Assembly: GCF_036321535.1 (NCBI RefSeq)
Contig: NC_087437.1
Location: 98,520,001-98,584,000 of the forward strand
Source: Camelus dromedarius
Taxonomy: Eukaryota
Direction of reading: 5' to 3'
Length of the DNA: 64,000 bases
Part shown: positions 1-12,650 of the stretch, piece by piece
Position numbering within the stretch: position 1 is the stretch's first letter
Layout of the letters: each line of letters begins with the position of its first letter
Made by a program: the position numbers and the translations under genes
The notes under the pieces: generated by a model
The model's database searches: none
What the model was told of the DNA's origin: nothing
What the model saw: the letters and a program-made list of their open reading frames with translations, nothing else

Positions 1-1004
1 TTTTCAAAATTGCTTCAGAATTAAATGCATTCTCAAAATTTTACATTTTCAAGGATCCATTAATTTAAATACACTGGAATTTAAGCATAGCGCAATACTT
101 TTTAAAAGCTGAGTTTATTTTTAGACTCTCTTTAATAGGGATCAATTAGGGAAAAAAGTGGTCATAAAGCAGAGACCACAGGAATCCTGTTATATCAAAG
201 TGACAGTATAATGCCTGAAACACCAATTCTGAAAATGTAAACCAGTATTATATCATAATCTGTGAATAAAATAAGAGAGTACTGAAAAGAATAAGTAAGC
301 TTGGTACATGGTTTTGTCCAGGCATTTTATGAAAATCCATGGTGAAATTCACATGCATAACTTGGTTGTGTGTTTGAAAACAGTGCTCATCATTCTAACA
401 CCAATCAGGCACGTATATGTGCAGCCCAGGCAAGAATGATGCCTGTCAGAGAGGCCTGTCTACACTGCCTAGATGAGACTGGCCCTTGATTTGCAGTCAC
501 AGCTGCTAATGGCCACACATTCAACTATTTTCAACCCTTCCACTTAGATTCACATTCTTCTCTGCTCTGATGCTTTAAAAAAAAAAATGCCAGAATGCTT
601 GCCTGCCTCCACTGTGTCCTGGCAGGTCATCATTCTCCAGACTGATCTACATTTGAGCTTAGGCATGTCATCACAGGTTTGTGGGAGAGTCTGAAATCTT
701 CAGAAATGTGATTATTGTATTTTGAAGCACACATGTGGGATGTCATGCACAAGACTATAGATCACTTTGAAGAGTTAGCACTGTGTCCCAGAGTGATGAT
801 AAATCCCTAGAAGATGGTGCACCTGCACATGACAAAGATTCTCCATGATATTACAGAAATGAAAAGTGCCACCCACCAACGCTCTGTCCCGTGATGTGCT
901 GACGAAGAAACACAGTGATACCTCAATTCACAAATCTGGACAAACCATGTGGAAAATGTGCCTGCATGAGGGAAAGTTCTGGTTTCTTCAGTGCTTTCGT
1001 GGCA

Positions 1005-1240
1005 GCTGAACCAGCTCAAGCATTTCTTCTGTAAAGCCTTCCCTGACCCACAAAAATGAGTTGATCTCTTCCTCCTTGGACTTTTAGATATGCCTCTATT
1101 ATTGCACAAATTTGTGCTTCCCTTCTCTACTAGACTCTTAGCTCTTTGAATATGAGATCTGTTTCTTTGACTCTCTAGCACGCTGCGTGGTGGCTAGCAT
1201 AAAATTTCTATTGAATGAACATGGATGGTTGGATGGATGG
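1005..1240 (+). mobile_element. L2 LINE 3' end fragment
   Basis: 'ccagctcaagcatttcttctgtaaagccttccctgacc...ctactagactcttagctctttga...ttgaatgaacatggatgg' follows the L2 3' end with its TGAA/TGGA tail. Confidence 0.7.
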
Positions 1241-1574
1241 AGAGAAGAAAATAAGACTCAGACTCTTGGCTGGCCCCAGGCCTGCTGAACTTGAGCCAAT
1301 GTAGCCACTATAGGGTAAGTCCTATAGTTAAGTCAACCTGGAGAGTGAAAAAGGAAGAAGAGACGTCTTAGCAGTAGTCACATGGCATCTGTGTCATCTG
1401 ATGTGAGGATCTACAAAGAGAGAAGAAGCATCTTACATTTTAACCAAAACTCTTTGGGATTAACTCCCTTCCTGATATGAAAAGAAAAGAGGAGATTATT
1501 ACTCTGACAAGACCCAGGGAAGAAGGTAAACAAGAATGGTCTAAAAAATAATAGGAACTTTGAAATTTGACAAA

Positions 1575-1766
1575 CTTGGCGACCAACTAGACTTTAGCCA
1601 ATTACTAATTAGCTGGATGATTTTGGACAAATTGTTTGGTTTCACTGAATCCCTGGTTCTTCATTTAGAAACTAAAAATCATAATATCAACCTTGTGGTG
1701 TGGATATAAAAATTCGAAAGAGCATATGTAGAGTGCCTGACACAGAGAGACACTCAATAAATATTT
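1575..1766 (+). mobile_element. MIR SINE
   Basis: Degenerate MIR core (ttttggacaaattg...cctggttcttcatttagaaa) and 3' end (gtgcctgacacagagagacactcaataaata). Confidence 0.65.
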
Positions 1767-3909
1767 TTCTTTACAATCATTATGCAAGAGTTATATGATA
1801 AAGTCTTTATGTTAATATCATTGAAAGTTTTCTCGGTTAATTGAGATTTAGCTGTAGGAAAAAAGTTCCGTTTAAAGGAGATATTTATTTAGCACCTACC
1901 ATCAGGCACAGTACTGTGGGAAGAAGGCCTGTATATTCTTTGTAAATTGTCAGATAAAGTGAGATGGCCACAAAAAGGTCCATACCTGGAGGACTGAGCC
2001 ATACAGCCTCTAAATAAGGAGGCTAGGCTTGATAGGTAGGGGACTAGGCATTTGATGGATACATACATACATTCCTACCTACATGCATAAGAGGGAAATC
2101 ATGGTTGCTATGGGTTTAAGGAATAATATTCAGGTATTTTGCTCATGTTCACCTTCCACAATTACAGAAGACCAAATGTGCACTCGGAATGTCTCTGAGT
2201 TGATTACCTCCTCGTGAGTCTGAGCACTAGGTCCTTAAGATGTTAATCTTTTCTTTTTTCAGAACAAGTAAAATTGGCCTCAAGAAAAAACAAGTGACCT
2301 AAGAGAAGCGTGACTGATGAGTCACTCTGAATGTTGCTGAACAATTCACAGGCTGTTATAGCTACCAGGACCCCATGTCCCAAGCTTGACGATTGGACTT
2401 TGAGACTCTCCCTCCTTCCTGCCTTGCCTTCAGATGACCCTTATACTAGAATATGATAGACGCATCAGAGAGACGCCTGACTGTCCACGTCATAAAACAC
2501 TCCTCTCAAGCCTACTCACCCTCACTCCTTTAAAGTGGCCTGTTCTCTACAATTACCTTCTCATCTCCATGTTCCAATCTGTTTTCGTAATTTTTACAGA
2601 ACCCTGATCTCAGTCAGATGTTAGCAGATTTGATAATTAAAATAATATAAAATAAGTTCTGAATGACAAGACATAATTGTATGATTTAAGCAGTGTATTC
2701 AATTTACATAAATACTTAGTCACCTAAAAAAGATTTAAGCACTTAGATCTGGGATTTTCCCCAACTCATCAATTTCCTGGTCCACAAGAAGAGCAAGGAC
2801 CAGTAGCTTACTTCCCTATTGCAGATACACGTTAAGATGAATTTGAAAACAAGTGAACTTGATCAAGTTACCAAGATGGCAGAATAAAAAGACCCTGAGT
2901 TCACCTCTCTCATGGACACACCAAAACTACAACTACAGAATCACTATCAATGAGAATGACCAGAAACTACCAGAAAACATCTTCTACAACTAAAGATATA
3001 AAGAAGGAACCACAGTGAGACAGGTAAGAAGTGTGAAGTCACAATATAGACAAGACCCATACCTCTGGGGTGGATGACCCACAAACACGAGGATAATTAC
3101 AATTACCAGATGTTCACCCCAAGAACGAGGGGTCTGGGCCCCACATCAGGCCCCCTAATCCAAGGGTCCTGTGCCAGAAAGAGTATTCCCCAGAACACTT
3201 GTCTTTGAAGGCCAGCTGGGCTTACTTTCAGGAGACCCAGAGGCTGAGGGAAATAGAAACTCCACTCTTCAGAGATGCACACAAAATCTCACATTTTTCA
3301 GGACCCAGAACTGAAGCAGCAATTTGAAAGATCCTGGGTTAGATATACCTGTTGATCTTGGAGACTCCCTAGAGGGACAGGAGGCAACCAGAGCTCATCC
3401 TAGGGACACAGACACTGGCACAACCATTTTTGGGAGCTCAGTCTACTATGTGGACACTGGTGCTGGCAAGTGCCATTTTGGAATCCTCCCTCCAGATTAT
3501 TAGTCTCAAGACTCAGCCCTGTCCTCACCCAACATCCTTTAGGCACCAGTGCTGGAACACCTCAGGCCAAGCAACTAACTGGATGGGGATATCATTGACT
3601 CGCAAGCAGACAGGCTGCCTTAAGACCCCTTGAGCCCACAGCCACCCCTGAACATGGCCCTGACCACCAGGACCATGCCCCAAATAGTGTGAAGACACTA
3701 GACCTAGGACACCCAGGGCCCTGCGGCCAAAGACCCTGGGTCCTAGCTCCACCCACCATCAGGTGGACCCCCAACCCAGGATAGCTACAGCTCCACAGCC
3801 TGACCAGTCCTGGGACCACTTGAGCCTTGGCCCCCCTCATCAGCAGGCCAAAACAAGCTTCAGGACACCCCGGACCCCATAGTCAGCTGTGTCAGGAACT
3901 GGTCCTACC

Positions 3910-6843
3910 TAACTTTACACCTAAAAGAACTAGAAAAGAGGAACAAACAAAACTCAAAGTAGTGGAAGAAAAAAAGTCATGAAATCAGAGCAGAAATAAA
4001 TGAAATAGAGGCTAAAATAATAACAGAAAAGATCAGTGAAATTAAGAGCTGATTCTTTGAAAAGATAAACAAAATCGATAAACTTTTTGCCAGACTTATT
4101 AAAAAAAAAGAGAATGGGCCCAAATCAATAAAATCAGAAATGAAAAAGAAGTTACAACTGACACCATAGAAATACAAAGGATCATGAGTTTACTATGAAA
4201 AACTATATGAACAATGTAATGGACAACCTAGAAGAATTGGACAAATTCCTAGAAATGTACAATCTCTGAAGACTAAACCAAGAAGAAATAGAGACTATGA
4301 ACAAAACAATCACTGATAATGAAATTGAATCAGTTAAAAAAACAAAAAACAAAACAAAACTCCCAGCAAACAAAAGTCTAGGACCAGGTAGCTTCACAGG
4401 TGAATTCTACCAAACTTTTAGAGAAGAGTGAACACCTATCCTCCTAAAGTTATTAAAAAATATTTCAGAAGAAAGAACACTTCCAAACTCATTCTATGAG
4501 GCCAGTATCACCCTGGTACTAAAACCAGACAAATATATCACACACACACAAAAATTACAGGCCAATATCACTGATGAACATAAATGCAAAAATCCTCAAC
4601 AAAATGTTAGCAAACCAAATCCAATAATACATTAAAAGGATCAGATGACTCAATCAAGTAGGATTAACCCAGAGATGCAAGGATGGTTCAAATATCTGCA
4701 AATCAATCAATGTGATACATTATTAAAGAAATAAAGAATTAAATTATTTTAAATTAAAAATGTAAATTAAAGAATAAAAATCATATGAACATCTCAATAG
4801 ACGCAGAAAGATCTTTTGACAAAATTCAACATTCATTTATTAGAAAAACTTCAAAAAGTGTGTAAAGAGGGAACATATCTCAACATAATAAAGGCCATAT
4901 ATGATAATACTGTATCATATTCAATGGTGAAAAGCTGCAAGAATTTCATCTAAGACCAGGAACAAGACAAGGATGTCCTCTCTTGCCACTTATATTCAAC
5001 ATGGTATTGGAAGTCCTATCCACAGCAATTAGATAAGAAAAAGAAATAAAAGAAATCCAAATTGGAAGTGAATAAATAAAACTATCACTGCAGGTGATAT
5101 GATACCATACATAGAAAATCCTAAAGACACCACCCAAAAACTACTAGAGCTCATCAATGAATTCAGTAAAGTTGCAGGCTACAAAATTAACATATAGAAA
5201 TCTGTTGCATTTCTATATGTTAACACCAAACTATCAGAAAGAAAAATTAAGGAAACAGTCCTGTTAATAATAACATCAAAAAGAATAAAATACCTGGGAA
5301 TAAATCTGGCTAAGGAAGTAAAAGACCTGTACTTGAAAAATAAGGACACTGATGAAAGAAATTAAAGGTGTCACAAACAGACAGAAAGACATACTGTGTT
5401 CATGGACTGAAAAAATTAATATTGTTAAAATGACCATACTACCCAAAGCAATCCACAGATTCAATGAAATTCCTATCAAAATATCAATAACATTTTTCAC
5501 AGAACTAGCACAAATAATTTTAAAATTTATTGGAAACACAAAAGACCCCAAATAACCCAAACAATCTTGAGCAAGAAGAACAGAGCTAGAGGTATCATGC
5601 GTCCTGACTTCAGACTATACTATAAAGCTACAGTGATCAAAACAGTATGGTTCCAGCACAAAAACAGACACATAGATCAATGGAACAGAATAGAGAGACT
5701 AGAATTAAACCCACCTATTTATGGTCAATTAATCTATGACAAAATAGGCAAGAATATACAGTGAAGAACAGACAGTCTTCAATGAGTGGTGCTCAGAAAA
5801 CTGGATAGCTACATGTAAAAGAATGAAATTAGTACATTTTCTCAAATAATACAAAAATAAATTCAAAATAGTTTAAAGACCTAAATGTAAGACTGGAAAC
5901 CATAAAACTCCTAGAAGAAAACATAAGCAAAACACTCTTTGATATAAATCATAGCAATATTGTTTGGATCCCTCTCCTAAGGCAAAGAGAACAAAAGCAA
6001 AAATAAACAAATGGAACCTATCTAAACTTAAAATCTTTTACACAGCAAGAGAAATCACTGACAAAATTAAAAGGCAACCTACTAAATGGGAGAAAATACT
6101 TGCAAGTGATATGACTGATAAAGCATTAATATCCAAATATATAAACAGCTCTTAAAACTCTATATCAAAAAGACAAACAACCCAATTAAAAAATGGGCAG
6201 AAGACCCAAATAGACATTTTCTAAAGAAGACATCCAGAGAGCCACCTGGCACATGAAAAGATGCTCAACATCACAAATCATCAGGGAAATGCAAATCAAA
6301 GCCACAATGAGATATCACCTCATACTTGTCAGAATGGCTATCATCAATATTCCACAAATAACAAATGCTGGCAAGGATATGGAGAAAAGGGAATCCTTGT
6401 ACACTGTTGGTGGGAATGTAAATTTATTCAGCTACTGTGGGGAAGATTATGGAGGGCCCTCAAAAAACTAAAAATAGAACTACCATATTATCCAGCAATT
6501 CCATTCCTGGGTATACATCCAAAGAAAATGAAAACACTAATTTAAAAAGACACATGCACCCCAATGTTCATAGCACCATTATTTACAATAGCCAAGATAT
6601 GGAAGAAATCTAAGTGTTCATGTACAGATGAATGGATGAAGAAGACTATATATACACATACATACGTGCACACACACACACACACACACACACATAAACA
6701 GTGAATACTACTCAGCCATAAAAAAGAATGAAATGTTGCCATTTGCAACTACATAGATGGACCTGGAGGGTATTGTGCTTAGTGAAATAAGTCAGACAGA
6801 GAAAGATAAATACTGTATGCTATCACATATTTGCAGAATCTAA
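3910..6843 (+). pseudogene. Disrupted L1 ORF2 (reverse transcriptase and C-terminal region)
   Basis: ORF-track fragments match L1 ORF2p: [103 protein letters not shown]. Many stops and frameshifts; the FADD catalytic motif at ~5085-5100 is damaged. Confidence 0.93.
6649..6694. repeat. (TA)/(CA)n microsatellite within L1
   Basis: tatatacacatacatacgtgcacacacacacacacacacacacaca. Confidence 0.9.
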
Positions 6844-7479
6844 AAATAAAACAAACTATTGAATATAACAAAAAAGAAACAGACTCACAGATATAGAGAA
6901 CAAACTAGTGGTTACCAGTGGGGAAAAGGAAGTGGGGAGGGGCAAAAAAGATCCAGAGAATTAAGAGGTACAAACTACTATGTATAAAATAAATAAGTTA
7001 CAAGTATATATTTGTACAACACAGGAAATATAACTAATATTTTACAATAACTTTAAATGGAGAATAATCTATAAAAATTTTGAATCACTATGTTGTATAC
7101 CTGAAACTAATATAATATTCTAAAACAACTATACCCCAACTTTTAAAAATTAAGCAAAAAACAACCAAAACTGCCTGAACTTCTTGGATGCCAGGAAGAA
7201 ACAATATTAGAGAATAAAATCCAATGAAGATAAGGTTTTAACTAGTGGGTAAATATCTTTGTAAAGGGATTATAGCCAACTCAATCCTTAATGAATTGAA
7301 TTGAGTCATTCTTAAGTCAGAATCATTAAGCTAAATTATGAAATTAGTTGTGTCAAATCATTTTTTGATCAGTGTATAAATAATGTATAAAATGGCAGCA
7401 TGTGTGGCATGCAGTCTGACAAGCATTGATTAGAGTGGGTTGTACAGCTCCTTCCCCAAGTGGTTTTGCACTGAATTCT

Positions 7480-7960
7480 GAGGGTAACTAGAGATTGGCT
7501 TGGATGGATCTCTCAAAAGAAATGGAAACTTGTTCCTATGAAAGAACTACACCTGTAGGTTCAAAGAAAAGTGATTTGGGTGATTTCCATTAACTCTTGG
7601 GAGAAAACAACAGGGAATACAATCTTAAAACATAATGTGCTGGGACATAGGCTTGAAGTAAGGAAACACGCACTTTTCATAAGAGAATTCTTTGAAAATT
7701 GACCAGCTGAGGGGAAAGAGGCTTTGGGGATATTTGAAGTAAAAAGAACAGAAAACAAATGCTATAATTGTTGGAGCATATTACAGCCACCTGGACAGAT
7801 TAAGGATACAAAGAAGTTATCTTGAAAACCATCTCAGAGATTAATAGAGGAGGGAGAGACTTAAGCTATATATATAAGATGCTGAAAGCCTCACCATCTA
7901 AGGATGGACAAAAGAAAACTTCTCAGTTCTGTGACTTTCAAGCTAAGTCTGTCCACAAGG
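7480..7960 (+). mobile_element. CR1/L3 LINE remnant, endonuclease region
   Basis: ~7764-7798 translates IIVGAYYS/PPGQ, matching the CR1 ORF2 motif IVVGVYYRPP.Q. Confidence 0.65.
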
Positions 7961-7979
7961 AAAATGCCACGACTTTGTC

Positions 7980-8460
7980 CATCCATTCATTTACTCAGTG
8001 AACACTTACCGCATACCTACTTTGCTCCAGAAACTGGGTATGTAAGAATAAATAAGAAAAAACCTCTGAAATTTAAATTAATATGACAAAATATTGTGGC
8101 AAGTGCACAATTAGAGGTATGAGACAAACGGTTTAAGAGAGCTCTGCAGAGTGGAGGCTACAAAGAAGACCTCGGGAATGACATCACAGAAGAAGCCCAG
8201 CTAGGCTGGGACCTGGGAGGCAGTCACCAGGGACAGAAGTGTGAGGGAAGAGCATGCTGCCCAGAAGAAAGCGCATCCCAGAAACAGAGAGAAGAACCTC
8301 TTAAAGTTGGCGTCTGGAAAGAGGTAAGAATGCGAATCTGGGAAATGAGAAGCTAGTCAAGCGAGTTGCTAACAATCTAATATAATAGGATTTGAATTTT
8401 AAAAGGTTTACCCTGATTTTAGTGTGGAAAATATACTGCAGGAGAGCAGAACTGGGCTGG
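7980..8460 (-). mobile_element. L2 fragment
   Basis: Opens with 'catccattcatttactcagtgaacacttac' (reverse L2 tail), followed by a purine-rich L2-like body. Confidence 0.55.
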
Positions 8461-8465
8461 TGAGT

Positions 8466-8632
8466 CATGTTGACTTCATTTTCTTTGGTCAGGTTGCAAA
8501 ATTGCTAGATCAGGGAAGTCTACTAGACAAAACACATATAGATTTCATCACAGCATTTGATGCGCTCTCTTGTCAACAAGTTCTAGAACTATGTGCTGGA
8601 TGATAATGCAATTAGGTAGATTACTCACTAGG
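8466..8632 (+). mobile_element. CR1/L3 LINE remnant, reverse transcriptase region
   Basis: Translates DFIFFGQVAKLLDQGSLLDKTHIDFITAFDALS, similar to CR1 RT NLISFFD.VT.LVD.G.AVD.VYLDFSKAFD.VS. Confidence 0.75.
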
Positions 8633-8960
8633 CCTCATCCTACCTTTCCAGTCTTTTCTTTTCTTGTCCCCTACACCTCCCCATGCTCTAGTCATTAAAC
8701 TCCTTGTTGATCCTGCACACACCCTGTGTTCCAGCCTCACTGCCATTGTTCATGATGTTCTCTCTACCTGGAGTGACTTCCTTTCATCCCCTAGCTATTG
8801 AAACCCTGTCCATTGTTCAGTGGGCCACCTCCCTCATACATATATTTGTACTTGCCTTATGGTCCTTGCCTTACGCTAGCTTGTATTACAGTCATTTGAG
8901 TAATTATCTAATACTTCCTACCACATTTTAACATACTTGAGGATAGGAATCTTTTCCTCT
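8633..8960 (+). mobile_element. L2 fragment
   Basis: 'cctacctttccagtctt...ccattgttcatgatgttctctctacctggagtg' is an L2-like pyrimidine-rich body. Confidence 0.55.
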
Positions 8961-9109
8961 TCCTTGATATAATGATAACGATGCTTATACTAATACCACC
9001 AACAATGTCCTCAGTGCTCTTCTGCCAGATGCTATAGAAAGCCCTTTGAACACATCCTTGTCATATTTATTTCCAAGTGGCAGTTCCATGTACTAACTAA
9101 AAGCTAAAA

Positions 9110-9305
9110 TTTAGCAGTCACCCAGACCCAGATTAGCTCCTGGCTGTAACACTTACAGGCTGTTTGACTTGGGCAAGTTATTTAACCTCTGTGAGCTTAA
9201 ATTTTCTCATCTGCAAACTCTTAAGGTTGTTTTGATGATTGAAGTAGACCAGTGTTTAAAGGGCATTTAGCACAGAGCTTAACACAGTATAAGAGCTCAA
9301 AATGC
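9110..9305 (+). mobile_element. MIR SINE
   Basis: Core 'gctgtttgacttgggcaagttatttaacctctgtgagcttaaattttctcatctgcaaa'. Confidence 0.8.
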
Positions 9306-9879
9306 AAATAATCTCTGTGAAATCACTGCTAAACCCATTACATGGATACTATGGAGGCACAAAGATGCATGTGGACTCTTCTCAGGGAGCTTAGTGGAGA
9401 ACAAAACTTGTCAATGATGTTTAATTTTGATAAATATATTGAATCTAGGAAAATGTGAAAATGGCAAATAAACTCTATAAACATTTCACATTCATAGTGC
9501 TGTTACAAGAAATACTGCATAATGATAAAAATCAATTTCTTAGTATGGCACACTTAGACACCTCCATGGAGTACATCCACATTTGACACAAAACTAATTA
9601 CCCATGCAACTTTTCTTTTTAAAATAAACAAACAGAAAATCACCATGGGAATATATCAAGGAAGAAAGGAAAGAAAGATGTTGAGAATTCTTTAAAAAGC
9701 TTTTTGGTATAGCATTCAACTATACTTTTCAGCCATTAACTTCCTCCTCTTCAAATAAGACATTTAGAGTTAAGGGAAGCTAAAAAATCTTGAAGCCCGG
9801 GAAGACCTGTAACTGCCATCTAGCCTCGAGAGGAAAGCAAAAGCCCAGGACCCTGAGATGTCACCTGCGGTAGGATCTG

Positions 9880-10360
9880 ATGTGCTAGGCTATTTTCTTT
9901 GCTTCACAGCTCCTCTCCATCCTTTACCATGCTGATCCTTGCCCTGGGAAGCTGACCTGTATGAACTGTGTCCACAAGTTCTCTTGTCCGCAAGCTTCTG
10001 GTTGGGTTCTGACAAACAGAATCACCATCAGGAAATGCCAGTTTCATGGAGAGTGAGTTGATGTATTTATGCCCCCAATTCCTGCTCTGATAAACTGTGT
10101 GTTGTCTGGGTGTCTTAATGGGAGTCTGCAGTGCCCACCAGAGCCCAGTGCCCTTTTCTACATCTACATTTATAGCTGCTCCAACTTTCTTTTGCCCTTT
10201 TAGCTATAGGGGTAGCAGAAATGGTCCCCTCAGTATTTCACCCTCTTGTTGATTTCATTATACCCTATCTACATTTTTATAAATCGCTTTGTCTTTAAAT
10301 TCTCCTCAATTACTCTGCCTAAACATGCCATCTGGAACCTTGTGGGTATCCTGCCTGACT
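9880..10360 (+). mobile_element. ERVL solo LTR (LTR41-like)
   Basis: 'ccctgggaagctgacctgtatgaactg...gcttctggttgggtt' and 3' 'tttaaattctcctcaattac...tgccatctg' resemble the LTR41 family. Confidence 0.6.
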
Positions 10361-12379
10361 TCCTTGGTTTCTAGTTCAGTGCTTTCCACACCCCTCCCCC
10401 CCCACCTATGCTGGGTGGAAGCATGGAGATAAAAGGAGGATTGCTTTCACAGAAATGGGTTTTACTCCTTCATTTAAAATTATATTTTCTTGGAAATATT
10501 TTGATAGTTAAGAATTGACTGCAATGTCAGTTTCTTTTGTGATGACATTGCAATCTCTTTGTAGAACAGATTAGAAAAAACCGGGAATTTTTCCTAGGTG
10601 AATTGCTGATAGAACCATGTCCCTTTCTTAGTTTTTGTCCTTCCTCTGATGAAACTGAAAAGAGGTTATTCTATGAGACGGTGGAGCCACAAAACGAGGT
10701 AAACTCACAAATAAAATCCATCTTAAGAATAAACCAGAAGTCCATGTAATATTAACTACAACATAGCAAAAAGAGAGGGCAGAATGAAAGAAAAAAGTCC
10801 AGTGGGGATGGGTTTTCTTTACTTAAATAGTTTTTCTTTTATAAAACTAGTAAAAGAATACTTGGGGAGGGACGGGGGAGAATTGGTGGGAAGATAAGAC
10901 ACACATGCCTGGTGCTGAATAAAAGACGATTTGTACCTAGTACATTGTAGAAATTGTTCAAGAACAGTTCAGCCATGTAAAAATATGACCCTGTAATACT
11001 GCCAAGGTCAATCAAACTCATAGTTATTGACTTAGAAAGAACTGGCCTTACAGGATACCATTGCCCAAAGCCTGCTAGAATTTATACTCCCAATTATTAG
11101 CATTTGGAAGATGTATTTGAATCCTGAGACCTTAATTATATAGAAACTATGATGAAAAACTCATACATTTGTTTTTCCCAGAGGAAAATACTTTAAAGAG
11201 ATGCCATAAAATCTAAAGTAGCTACCCAGTCACTCCTCACAGCATCATTATTTTCATTATTTGAATAGCAGTTATTACTATCTGATATTTTTCTTGTTTA
11301 CATATTTATTTGGTTTGGCTTTAGTTCCCTAATAGAATTCAAGCCCCAAAAGAACAGATATAATGCTTTTTGTTCACTGCTTGTTGGATAAATTAATTAA
11401 CATTGACTCTTTCATAAATAATAATCTGTAGGGAGTTAGCCATTAAACTTCAAATCTGTATACCTCCAAAACAGCAATCGTAGTGTCCATGTTTGAATAA
11501 GAGTAAATAATATGTCGAAGAGTGTGTTCATTGGTCTCCCATTTATGCAAAAGAATAAAACAGGTTTTTTTTCCCAAAAAAGAACCTTTTATATGTGTGT
11601 ATTATATGTTGAAAATAACACATATATATAAAGAAAAAATATATATATAAAGTCTAAAAATATTTTTAAATTACCAAATTGTAATCTATTTTTCCTCCCA
11701 GAGAATCAGGTTTGGGAGGTTTTGTATTTTTTAGACTTCTGTTTTATTTGATTTTGTTACAAGGAACAAGAGTTACTTTCATAATTTATAAAAGAAAAAA
11801 TTAAATCTTGTAATATAGTGACTTTGGAGACAACTATTGGACCAAATTAGAATCTGAATTCACAATGAATCACGATTTTGGTTTTCCTCTCTCGTTTTCT
11901 CTGTTTCTATTATTAGAGTAATGAAACTCCTCCCAGATTTCAGCTCCTATGCCCAACCCACCCCCAACATATATTTTGCTACGACCTTTCTACCCATGAC
12001 CATGCACCGTATTACAGTTTTCTGCCCAATAAGCTTTCTAGGCTGAGCCAACTTTCAGGTTGTAGTAGATAGTAAAGGGAAAAAGAAACAATCCTGAGGG
12101 ACAGGATTAAAAAGACTGAAGTAGTTTGGGGGAGGTAGGCTGTGGGAAAATTGGAAAGAACTCTAAAATGATTTCTTCTGCTTCCTAGCTTCTCCCCAAA
12201 GCAGAGCACTTAAATGTCTCTTTGTACACAGATTCAGGCAATCTGTCTTAGAGCTGGAAGTACTGGAATATCAAGTATCCCCACATATGAGCTGGCATCT
12301 CGCCTACTAGTCCATGAACTCTCTCTCTGAAGCTTTCTTGGAGGTTGCAGGTCATAAATGTGCATGATTAATTGCCTAT

Positions 12380-12650
12380 GTTGAAACCAAAAATAATGTT
12401 TCCAGAACATTCAGACTAGAGAGTGAAGCAAGATCCCAGTGGGTGACAGCAGAAATCTCTGTCAGGGAGCCTGACAATGATGGCTGAAGAAATATTGAGC
12501 TCAATGGGGCAGCCCAGTAAACATTTCTGGTGGGTAGAATACCAAAGGGATGACTAGACAGTAGGAATGTGCTACAGATTGTGAAAGGCATCTAATAAAT
12601 GAGAAAGGGCACAGGCTATGAGACAGTGACATAGGTAAGAGAAGAGGGAT
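12380..12650 (+). mobile_element. Probable ancient RTE-clade LINE remnant (C-terminal ORF region)
   Basis: Decayed translation ..VTAEI..MAEEIL..LNGAAQ*TFLVGRIPKG*L resembles RTE 'VTN.EVL...IE.ML..QLRWAGHV.RM..GRIPK.LL'. Confidence 0.35.

Larger units (their letters stand above)
2866..7166 (+). mobile_element. LINE-1 with 5'UTR and 3' end present, but ORF1 and endonuclease internally deleted
   Basis: Starts with the L1 5' signature 'caagatggcagaataaaaagaccctgag'. GC-richer 5'UTR runs to ~3909, then ORF2-derived sequence, the 3'UTR ('tgttgtatacctgaaactaatataat') and an A-rich tail. Confidence 0.93.

Noticed and set aside
3977..6748. Several hydrophobic minus-strand ORFs
   Set aside because: Antisense of the A-rich L1 ORF2.
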